This document shows positions 50,445-61,600 of a DNA stretch of 64,000 nucleotides, piece after piece; the first letter of the stretch is position 1; each line of letters opens with the position of its first letter. The position numbers and the translations under genes are program-made. Below the pieces are notes generated by a model. The model saw nothing but the letters and a program-made list of their open reading frames with translations. It was not told the DNA's origin and did no database searches. The stretch spans positions 62,001-126,000 of the forward strand of contig CAIIXF020000001.1 of NCBI GenBank assembly GCA_903813345.2. Direction: 5' to 3'. This stretch comes from Owenia fusiformis (lineage: Eukaryota).

Positions 50445-53330
50445 CGGGTGTCAAATAAGTCCTGCCCCCCTCTACAGCCAAAACCAAGATATATGGTACC
50501 AAGTGTGATATATCATTGGAAAGGTCTTCCAAAGTTACGTTGATTAGCATATATCTATATAAAGCATCCAAAGCATTATTTTAACTTAAGAAATATTTTC
50601 AATACTAGAGAATTTTCGTTATAAGTTGTTTCAAAAACTTATACGTATACTTATAGTTTAAAGGGTCTTGTCGAACTAAAATCAATTCAAATTGATTTTC
50701 ATAATCTGTACCAAGTGGGGCATAACTATTCCCGATATAGCCAAGCTCCATCATCAACTAGGGACTGCGAATACAATGTCCTTTGCTAGTGTCAATTATG
50801 AACATGATAAACTAAACGCTAGTTGACGGGTCCTTGTAGTGTACGATAAACAAGACCCTTTAAAGTGAATCACTACACGAACGAGTCGATCATTTCAAAG
50901 TTCTCATGAAATTATAAGGTCAATTTTTAAGTTTTTACGTATAAAAGGGCCTTTATACGCAGATTATAAACTTACAGAGTTGGATCTCCGCATAGTATAT
51001 GTGTGGACCTACTGACCAGAATGGCTTATTAAAATTAATCAGCTGAATAGGCATAGTATCCAATCAAACAGCTCGACTCATTCATTAGCTGGACAAATTA
51101 TCCCTTCGTTATTTCTACAAGGTGATTCAAAACGATCATCTACAAAAAAAATATTTGAGAGTAGATAAATCTGTAAAACCCGTGTGCTATATCAGCCTAT
51201 TTGATTCTAGAAAACACCTATGACACAACTAAACATGCTTTACATCAAGGGGGTACGGATGGTATGCCATTGGCCCTTTTTATTACCGTCCTAGGAGATA
51301 TTTCCCGACGAATTAGGAAATTATGAAACACCTTGTTTATTGGGTTTATAAGTATAAGTATATGTATAAGTTTTAAAAAAACTTATAACGAAAATTCTCT
51401 ACTGTAATATTAAGCCGTCTTTAGCAGTAAGCCTTTTTGACCATACAATAGCACCAATATGTCTGTATGGTGCCGAAATATGGGCGCCATATGCTTTTAA
51501 TAATGTCTCAACTGACAATTAAGAAGATAAATTCCTCAAGCAATCTAAAATTTTGTCTGAGAAGTTAAAGGCCCAGAGATTTGGACCCGGGTGAAGCTAT
51601 TAATCAAGCTGTCACAGCTCAGCCAATCAATGCTAATGTGGTCAGTTTAAATGTCCAGCATAAACAGAAACACATGGTCTGCTACAAGTGAGATACAGCC
51701 TTATGCTATGTTTGTTTACTTCTAGACGGATAAGAGATGCCCATTGGCTGAAATTTAAACTGTCAGTTATGCTAACGAGCATATTTACAAAAAGAAATTG
51801 TCTTATTTCACAAAAACTAAACAACATTTTCAGAATTTGATTTGAAATTTATAGTCATTATAGATTCATGAACCACTGTAACAAAAAAGAGCTTGTAACT
51901 CATCATAACAATCTTGTTATAGCAGAAAGTTTGAAAATGTTCTCATTTTGTTTGAACTGGACCTTTAAACTGCCATATTTGGCTTTTGTGGGCTGTTCCA
52001 TCTGCCTTTTATACCCGCTCTCAGTCTTTAAACATATCTTTTTGTAACCATATTCTAGGTGTTGGGAAAAGGGCAACTAACATGGCTATTTAATCCACTA
52101 TATAACATATTTGATAGAATTTGTAATTTTTATGCTCATATTCAGGACTCTGATAACCTGTTACTTAGTCCAGCATTTCACAACACAAAAAATCAGAATT
52201 TCATGTCATGGTATTCGTTGTTCTTAAAATATTAATGAATACTGATATGATGAAATACTAGATATAACACCAGAAGTATTATGATGCAAACAAAGTCTAA
52301 GGAGCCGATTTCATGAATTCTGGAAAATAAAATCTCTAATGATACACAAAAACTAAAGTGCAATAACAAATTAAGAACTTATAATCAAAAGTAACTTTGC
52401 CTATGAAAATTATTTAGATGTTATAAAACACTTTGACCTGCGTAGAGAGTTTACCAAACTTAGAACAAGTGCATATAATCTCCAAATTGAACTTGGTCGC
52501 TACACAAGACCAAAACCGACACCTCTGGAAGAGAGAAAATGCGAAACATGCAATACTATAGAAAATGAAGAACACTATCTCCTTCACTGTACGAACTATA
52601 ATAAACAAAGAAATATCATGTTGTCTAAAATGAAAATGACAGTACTGGTAAATATCAAAACTGTATAAATGTAGCAAAATATATATTTACATCCAGTACC
52701 AATAGCTATATCTCTAGAGCCCCAATGCATCATCATCCTTAATAGTAATACTCATAGTTAAGTAGTTTTTTACATGTAAATGTCTTCTTTTTCCTTCCTT
52801 TATAATTGTTATAATTTTTTGTTTGTTTGCACATGTACTTGACCCCAAGGGGTGTGAATGTACTTGAAGAATAAATATGAAATGTATCAATTGAGGTGAC
52901 CATAGGCCTAGAAACATGGCAATTTGGTGTATTTGGCAGGATTTTCAGAATCGGGTATAAGAAAAGTCAAAGGACATATAGATGACTACATATGTAAATG
53001 CAATGAATTTAACCAATTTCTGGATAGGGGAAGATGTGTTGAAAATAGAGGAGCAAGCCAAGTGGTGAAAACATTTTTGTAACAAGTGGAATGCGAAAAA
53101 GATTTTTTTGACATATTTCTGAGGTCAAATCCTTCTCATTTTGACGCAAAAAGCTGTTTAAAGGAGGGCATGCTAACTTTAAAAGAGATCATGAAAATAT
53201 AGGGGAAGTTCATCCAAAATACTTGAGAGTTGGTGAGTTAACATAACTTTGTATGATCTTTCCAATGGTATATCACACTAGACACCATCTATTAAGGTTC
53301 TAGCTGTAGCAGGGGGGACAGGACTTATTA
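50445..53330 (-). mobile_element. Copy of the 25938-26544 MITE split by ~2.3 kb of nested insertions
   Basis: 50445-50560 and 52895-53330 are reverse complements of the two parts of the intact MITE. Confidence 0.75.
51410..52690 (+). mobile_element. Decayed LINE ORF2 3' fragment
   Basis: IAPICLYGAEIWAP (~51449) and KLRTSAYNLQIELGRY...RKCETCNTIENEEHYLLHC (~52457-52590). Interrupted by a TTAA-flanked insert at ~51565-51967. Confidence 0.75.
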
Positions 53331-53482
53331 TACTGACATGTGGTAGCTAAATTCATAACTAATATTATACTGACATGTGGTAGCTAAATTCATAACTAAT
53401 ATTATACTGACATGTGGTAGCTAAATTCATAACTAATATTATACTGACAGCCCAAGATGTGGTAGCTAAATTCATAACTAAT
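53326..53482 (+). repeat. 37-bp tandem repeat, about four copies, at the truncated MITE end
   Basis: tattatactgacatgtggtagctaaattcataactaa. Confidence 0.85.
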
Positions 53483-54339
53483 GTCACTGAAAAGAGCATA
53501 TTTATGGAATGAAATAAGATTTCAGATCCCTGGATATATCCTACTTTCAGTTTTAAACTGCTATGTATTTATGAGGAATGTAAGATATAGAACAGTACAG
53601 TAAGAAGTGCAGATCTTTCTAAATTCTTATTTCAAGAAAATAACAGATTGAAATGAGAAAAATCAATGTCACATTTTCAAACAAATGTCAAGGTCACATC
53701 TGAAAATGTAATATTTTGTTTGAAACCCATGAAATAAGATTTTACAACTGAATTGTGCGTTTACATAACCGATATGAGGATTCAGTTCCTTTCCCCAAAG
53801 TTTGAGACATTTCTTCCCATTGGGAAAATGTGACAACTAGAAAATAGCAACACCACTGATAAGCCAATTCCACCAAACAAAACTTATTGAAAATTTCTTC
53901 TTGAATAAAGCTCCTTTGTCCCTAGGTATCAGCATACAATTCAAACAAATTCTGTCAACTGCTATTTGGTTATTAAAGATTACATTTTTAACTACAAATG
54001 GCAACCATTTTGATAAATAAAGGACCCACGGTCCTGTGCTCACACAGTGTAGAACCTTCAGAGGAATGTATATCCTGATTTTCAAACAGAATTATTGATT
54101 TTGATTTGTAGTCTCGAACTCTGAGAAACTTAGATTGCACAGTTTGTGACCTAGTTTGAGGACCTTTGACCTTGAACATTTTACTTATTCAGAGCTCAGT
54201 AGGTCTTTTGTGATTAAGGTGACCAAAATTTACATCCAAAAAAAGTTGATTTTTCAAATTGATTATTTAGTTACTCAGTACTCAGTTTCTCAAGTCAGAT
54301 TTGCCTATCAGTTTCAGTAAGTCAATTGTTTAGTTAGTC

Positions 54340-55181
54340 AATGAATTTGACTTTTTGACGTCAAAATCTGCAATTTCTCGGAAACCGGGCAAACTTGAGA
54401 AATGGCGATGATAGGTCAAACAGGCATTATGGATATGCATAAAACTGTAAAATGAATGTGAATATGACTCAATACGAATAGCAGTTTTAATTTGTGCAGC
54501 CAATGATGATTGACTTTATACATGAGAAAGTTCCCTGAAAATGACAAAGTCAAATTTTGTCAAATTTTATAGAGTAAACACCAAAAACTGTAATTTCAAG
54601 AGCTTTGAAATCTTTAGAGAACATAAGCATATACAGCAACTACTACAAGTTATTTGAAAGTTCTACTTCAACAAAGTGTCTAGTATTTACAGAAAATTTG
54701 ACTTTTTGACAACAAAATCAGCAATTTCTCGAAAACTGGGCGAACTTGGGAAATTGCGATGATAGGTCAAATAGGCATTATGGATATGCATAAAATGAAT
54801 GTAGATATGACTCAATCTGAATAGCAGTTTTAATTTGTGCGAATGTCGAAAAACTAATCAGTTCTAAACTTTCATAGGTAGAAATATCCCTGAGAATTTC
54901 AAATGAATCCCTCAAATGAATTTCAAATGAATCCCTCAAACGGTTTGGCTGGAAACCTGTAGACAAGCCTTGACAGATTTTAGGAAGGAAAATCCAAAAT
55001 GGCCGCCTTAACATTTACCCAGAATGCCGAAAAACTAATCAGTTCTAAACTTTCATAGGTAGAAATATCCATGAGAATTTCAAATGAATCCCTCAAACGG
55101 TTTGGCTGGAAACCTGCAGACAAGATTATTCGGGACGCCCGCCCAACCGATTACAATATAGCACCTTAGGGTGCGATAAAA
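54340..55181 (-). mobile_element. Probable HINE-like element with internal duplications
   Basis: Minus-strand start atcgcaccctaaggtgc hairpin plus gggcgggcg tract; duplications 54340-54500/54695-54840 and 54845-54975/55025-55125. The far end was not identified. Confidence 0.4.
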
Positions 55182-55386
55182 ACTAACATTTTCATGAGCT
55201 TTGTTACTTTTAACTTCTAAGAATTTTACATCCTCTTAATCAAACAAATGTACAATGTGTGCCTCATACACATTTCAGGTCTACTGGTTCAAGTGGAATA
55301 TGGATGTCTTTTTCCAACAAACCTGAAGTGCTTATGCTACTGAATCTTATAATGATTATGAATAATTGGCTTAAAATTGAGCAAAA

Positions 55387-55580
55387 TCATAATTCCTCTT
55401 TCGCATCTTCATTTAAAGTGTCCCCCTGTTCTGTTGCATCATTTAAGTTTTTATCAGTGGATTCCTCATTGTTGTATTCAGTCTCCTCATTGGGTTTAAT
55501 ATTGTCAGTGTCTTCTTTGTTGCTGTTGGGGTCAACAATGTTAACCAATGGAATGAGCAGATCTTCCTCCTCGCAATATT
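55387..55580 (-). CDS. Terminal coding exon of a convergent gene; acidic tail ending KEEL (ER-retention-like)
   Basis: Minus strand ttgtttttcattgcag|AA TAT TGC GAG...GAA TTA TGA. Peptide (E)YCEEEDLLIPLVNIVDP...EDAKEEL*. Confidence 0.65.
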
Positions 55581-56226
55581 CTGCAATGAAAAACAAGTAC
55601 TGTAAACATGCTGCCTACACTTCATGCAGTATTCATATTTTTGAATCCAATGAAAAATTGATTTCACTTACCTACTTAAAGGAATATTCCTTGCCAAACC
55701 ATCTCTCTCCTCGTATGGTAGCTATAACCATATATATGCTTGCCATGTTTAGCAAAACACGCAAAAATGTTTTGATATGGTCAAATTTGATCACTTAAAA
55801 ATGTGATGCTCAATTCCAGTAAGCTGCCATCTTTTAAAATTTCACATAGGAAGTGATGTCATCGACTCTCAACTTTGCATATAGCATTAGGTGAGGAGCT
55901 ATTAAGAATTACAAAACCAGCTAAATATTCTTTTTCAACTTTGTATCTTATTTAATCCTTCTGAAAATCTCTTCTTTTATTCTTAGTTGACAAGCCCTGA
56001 AACTATTTTTGCACAGAAAGTAATGATCACTTGTCTAGAAGTGATTTTGTGCTACTTTCCTATACTGTTATGGGCAAGGTTATAGAAGTTGAGAGTTGAT
56101 GACATCACTTCCTGCAAGAAATCTTAAAAGATGGCAGCTCACTGGAAATAAGCACTAGATTTTTAAATGATCAATATTGACCATATTAAAACATTTTCCC
56201 ACGTTTTGCTTAATATGGAAACTATA

Positions 56227-57527
56227 TCGGGTGTCCCAAAAAAAAACGTCCCGCTTTTTGAGCTCTTATAACTCTGCAAGATATTAACCAATTCATTTGA
56301 AATTTATCAGGGAGTAAGATAAGGATATCATCTATAAGTTATCAAAATATTAAATTAATCGGATGTACATTATGTGAGTATTACCAAATACAAGATAGCA
56401 TAGCAAGAAATGTAATATCGGAGGACAACTCACTTAATTCACCTTATAATGTAGATTGATGAGCATCGCCAAATACATAAGTTTAACAGCATAAGATAAA
56501 AAGTTGGTACAGCAAAAGATGGACAACTCACTTATATGTTAAAGGAAAAAGAAAAACAAGATGTCGCAATTTATATGATCGTTATTCATCCGCAGATGTC
56601 AAGAAGATCATTTTCACTGATGAGAAGGACTTTTCTCTTGAAGTGCCCAAAAATCGTCAAAATGATCGGGTGTATGGAAAGCGTAAACGTCAAATTCAAC
56701 CATCACGTCTTTACCATGAAACTTCACGTTATCCAAAAAGATAATGGTTTCTGCAGGAGTATCCTGGAAGGGGAAGACGGACATTTATTTCATTAATACT
56801 GACAAAGCCAAAGTCAACAGCGAAAGCTATATTAAGTTATTAGATGAAAATCTGCTACCTGATTGTAGGAGGATTTACCCTAGAAATGACTATGTGTTTC
56901 AAGATGGGGCCCCTTCCCACACAAGTGGGGTAACTCATGCGTATCTGGAGATATCCACCACAGCATTTATCAAAAAGGTTGAATGGCCTCCACAAAGTCC
57001 AGACTGTAATCCAATGGATTACTCTGTTTGGGATCCTCTAAATCAAAAAGTTAACAGTGGTATGAGGGATAATTTTACAGAACAAACATTAAAAGAGAGA
57101 ATAAGTGCGTCATGGCAGGAGATATCACAGAATGAAATCAAGAGCAGTATCTATGTATGGAAGAAACGACTTCGTTTAGTTGTGAAGGAAGATGGAGGCC
57201 ACATTGAGCACAAGTTATTAGATAAGTGGGTTGTCGATCTTTTGCTGTACCAACTTTTTATCTTATGCTGTTTAACTTTTGTATTTGGCGATGCTCATCA
57301 ATCTACATTATAAGGTGAAATAATTGAGTTATCCTCTGATATTACATTTCTTGCTATGCTATCTTGTATTTGGCGATACTCACATAATGTACATCCGATT
57401 AATTTAATATTTTTATAGCTTATAGATAATATCGTTCTCTTACTCCCTGATATTTCAAATGAATTGGTTAATATCTTGCAGAGTTATAAGAGCTCAAAAA
57501 GCAGGACGTTTTTTTTGGGACACCCGA
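56227..57527 (+). mobile_element. Tc1/mariner element, maT (DD37D) family, internally deleted, ~250-bp TIRs
   Basis: TA|tcgggtgtcccaaaaa...gggacacccga|TA. Catalytic remnants IIFTDEK, FQDGAPSH and SPDCNPMDY, with 37 residues between D2 and D3; N-terminal HTH region missing. Confidence 0.88.
56600..57230 (+). pseudogene. Transposase catalytic-domain remnant
   Basis: KIIFTDEKDF...RQNDRVY (~56603) then a frameshift into ORF 56744..57313 (MVSAGVSWKG...WPPQSPDCNPMDYSVW...DGGHIEH). Confidence 0.85.
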
Positions 57528-57694
57528 TATATATGATTATAGCTACCATATCAAGAGAGAAAGGGTCTGGCAAGGAATATTCCTTAAGCTACGTTATAAA
57601 CTCAATAGTCCCAACTTGTAGCATGAATCAAAAAAGCCTTGCGATTCAAAATCTCCAAAATACATAGATATTCAAAAAATTGATACATGGCATT

Positions 57695-58175
57695 AAGGCT
57701 TTGTATAAAAACCTCCTACCTCATACCCACCTACATGGGAAATGATACAGTCATTAATGAAGGGTTCAATTTTAAAGATTTTCAAATTTTAAAATAGCTC
57801 TAATTATTAACATTTCTACAATTTCGGCTTTATTTTATGACTAGACAGATGACAGATCCATAAATAAAGGCATATGGGTGCATTGTAATGTGTAATGACC
57901 CGAGGGTGCCCCAGGGGAATAACTAACTAACGACCGCGAGCATAGGTCCAACAAGCCAGATAAAGAAATTGAAAGAAAGTGTGCTAAATTCAATACCCCG
58001 AGTGGGAATCGAACCCAGCTGGGCTGTAGTAGCAACTTGCTATCAAGGGTCGTTACAAATGCTTCTATAATTCATCATAAACTAAGATTTAATAAACTAA
58101 GATCTTTAAAAGTGAACCCTTCAAAGACTGTATCATGTCCAATGTACGAGTAGGAGGTTTTTTATACAAAGCCTG
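57695..58175. mobile_element. MITE containing a minus-strand tRNA-SINE-like fragment (~57830-58050)
   Basis: aggctttgtataaaaacctcctac / gtaggaggttttttatacaaagcct IR; internal minus-strand B-box ggttcgattccc at ~58004-58015. Confidence 0.55.
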
Positions 58176-58659
58176 GCATTAACATGCAAAATGTCACAAC
58201 TTGCCATTTGTTACGGATGCTGTTTTGAGACCTGACTGACAGATGCATCTGATAGCAGGCACAAACAAAGGTCTCATTACACAGTTCTGATATTGGATTT
58301 TTTGACATGCATTTTTGAATTTTAATTTTCACATAATATGTAACGGATCCCTTTCATGACACCCTTCTTTAGGCTACTTTAAAGAAAGGTCCATGTGAGG
58401 TAGTGCAAGAGATTTTAGACAGTCATATCTTTGACCATGAGTACTTTCTGGGCATAAATACAGTGTTTTTTTAAAAACAACATGTCTTCTTTCAATTGAA
58501 CAATTTGAAAATTTATTATATTGGAATGTCAACAATTTTTCCAAAATGTTGAACCTATTTACTGAAGAGAGGATCTTGCTTTTCTGATTTTTATTGCATG
58601 GACAGATTATTCAACATGGGGTCTAAAACTTCTTCAAGAGTAGAATGGTATTGAAAGTC

Positions 58660-61600
58660 TCAACTTGGAATACTGAATCTTATTGTGAGAGGGGTACCTG
58701 CTTCCTGAACACATATCTTTGTTTAATGTGATAGTTAACTGGAGACTTGGAATAATGAATCTTATTGTAAGTGAGAAGGGTACCTGCTTCCTGAACACAT
58801 ATCCTTGTTTAATGTGATAGTTAACTGGAGACTTGGAATAATGAATCTTATTGTAAGTGACAAGGGTACCTGCTTCCTGAACACATATCTTTGTTTAATG
58901 TGATAGTTAATTGGAGACTTGGAATAATGAATCTTATTGTAAGTGAGAAGGGTACCTGCTTCCTGAACACATATCTTTGTTTAATGTGATAGTTAACTGG
59001 AGACTTGGAATACTGAATCTTATTGTAAGTGAGAAGGGTACCTGCTTCCTGAACACATATCTTTGTTTAATGTGATAGTTAACTGGAGACTTGGAATACT
59101 GAATCTTATTGTAAGTGAGAAGGGTACCTGCTTCCTGAACACATATCTTTGTTTAATGTGATAGTTAATTGGAGACTTGGAATACTGAATCTTATTGTAA
59201 GTGAGAAGGGTACCTGCTTCCTGAACACATATCTTTGTTTAATGTGATAGTTAACTGGAGACTTGGAATAATGAATCTTATTGTAAGTGAGAAGGGTACC
59301 TGCTTCCTGAACACATATCTTTGTTTAATGTGATAGTTAATTGGAGACTTGGAATACTGAATCTTATTGTAAGTGAGATGGGTACCTGCTTCCTGAACAC
59401 ATATCTTTGTTTAATGTGATAGTTAATTGGAGACTTGGAATAATGAATCTTATTGTAAGTGAGAAGGGTACCTGCTTCCTGAACACATATCTTTGTTTAA
59501 TGTGATAGTTAATTGGAGACTTGGAATAATGAATCTTATTGTAAGTGAGAAGGGTACCTGCTTCCTGAACACATATCCTTGTTTAATGTGATAGTTAATT
59601 GGAGACTTGGAATAATGAATCTTATTGTAAGTGAGAAGGGTACCTGCTTCCTGAACACATATCTTTGTTTAATGTGATAGTTAATTGGAGACTTGGAATA
59701 ATGAATCTTATTGTAAGTGAGAAGGGTACCTGCTTCCTGAACACATATCTTTGTTTAATGTGATAGTTAATTGGAGACTTGGAATAATGAATCTTATTGT
59801 AAGTGAGAAGGGTACCTGCTTCCTGAACACATATCCTTGTTTAATGTGATAGTTAATTGGAGACTTGGAATAATGAATCTTATTGTAAGTGAGAAGGGTA
59901 CCTGCTTCCTGAACACATATCTTTGTTTAATGTGATAGTTAATTGAAGACTAAGAATACTGAATCTTATTGTAAGTGAGAAGGGTACCTGCTTCCTGAAC
60001 ACATATCTTTGTTTAATGTGATAGTTAATTGGAGACTTGGAATAATGAATCTTATTGTAAGTGAGAAGGGTACCTGCTTCCTGAACACATATCTTTGTTT
60101 AATGTGATAGTTAATTGGAGACTTGGAATAATGAATCTTATTGTAAGTGAGAAGGGTACCTGCTTCCTGAACACATATCTTTGTTTAATGTGATAGTTAA
60201 TTGGAGACTTGGAATAATGAATATTATTGTAAGTGAGAAGGGTACCTGCTTCCTGAACACATATATTTGTTTAATGTGATAGTTAACTGGAGACTTGGAA
60301 TACTGAATCTTATTGTAAGTGAGAAGGGTACCTGCTTCCTGAACACATATATATTTGTTTAATGTGATAGTTAACTGGAGACTTGGAATAATGAATCTTA
60401 TTGTAAGTGAGAAGGGTACCTGCTTCCTGAACACATATCTTTGTTTAATGTGATAGTTAATTGGAGACTTGGAATAATGAATCTTATTGTAAGTGAGAAG
60501 GGTACCTGCTTCCTGAACACATATCTTTGTTTAATGTGATTAAGTTAACTGGAGACTTGGAATAATGAATCTTATTGTAAGTGACAAGGGTACCTGCTTC
60601 CTGAACACATATCTTTGTTTAATGTGATTAAGTTAACTGGAGACTTGGAATACTGAATCTTATTGTAAGTGACAAGGGTACCTGCTTCCTGAACACATAT
60701 CTTTGTTTAATGTGAAAGTTAACTGGAGACTTGGAATACTGAATCTTATTGTAAGTGAGAAGGGTACCTGCTTCCTGAACACATATCTTTGTTTAATGTG
60801 ATAGTTAACTGGAGACTTGGAATAATGAATCTTATTGTAAGTGAGAAGGGTACCTGCTTCCTGAACACATATCCTTGTTTAATGTGATAGTTAACTGGAG
60901 ACTTGGAATAATGAATCTTATTGTAAGTGAGAAGGGTACCTGCTTCCTGAACACATATCTTTGTTTAATGTGATAGTTAATTGGAGACTTGGAATAATGA
61001 ATCTTATTGTAAGTGAGAAGGGTACCTGCTTCCTGAACACATATCCTTGTTTAATGTGATAGTTAATTGGAGACTTGGAATAATGAATCTTATTGTAAGT
61101 GAGAAGGGTACCTGCTTCCTGAACACATATCTTTGTTTAATGTGATAGTTAATTGAAGACTAAGAATACTGAATCTTATTGTAAGTGAGAAGGGTACCTG
61201 CTTCCTGAACACATATCTTTGTTTAATGTGATAGTTAATTGGAGACTTGGAATAATGAATCTTATTGTAAGTGAGAAGGGTACCTGCTTCCTGAACACAT
61301 ATCTTTGTTTAATGTGATAGTTAATTGGAGACTTGGAATAATGAATCTTATTGTAAGTGAGAAGGGTACCTGCTTCCTGAACACATATCTTTGTTTAATG
61401 TGATAGTTAATTGGAGACTTGGAATAATGAATATTATTGTAAGTGAGAAGGGTACCTGCTTCCTGAACACATATATTTGTTTAATGTGATAGTTAACTGG
61501 AGACTTGGAATACTGAATCTTATTGTAAGTGAGAAGGGTACCTGCTTCCTGAACACATATATATTTGTTTAATGTGATAGTTAACTGGAGACTTGGAATA

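Larger units (their letters stand above)
55680..57583. mobile_element. TTAA-flanked MITE (Kolobok/piggyBac-like) with long IRs, interrupted by a mariner
   Basis: ttaa|aggaatattccttgccaaacc ... ggtctggcaaggaatattcc|ttaa; 55730-55875 is inverted relative to 56085-56225. Confidence 0.65.

Noticed and set aside
55259-55798. 179-aa + strand ORF
   Set aside because: Ser/Leu-rich antisense shadow of the minus-strand acidic exon, running into a MITE.
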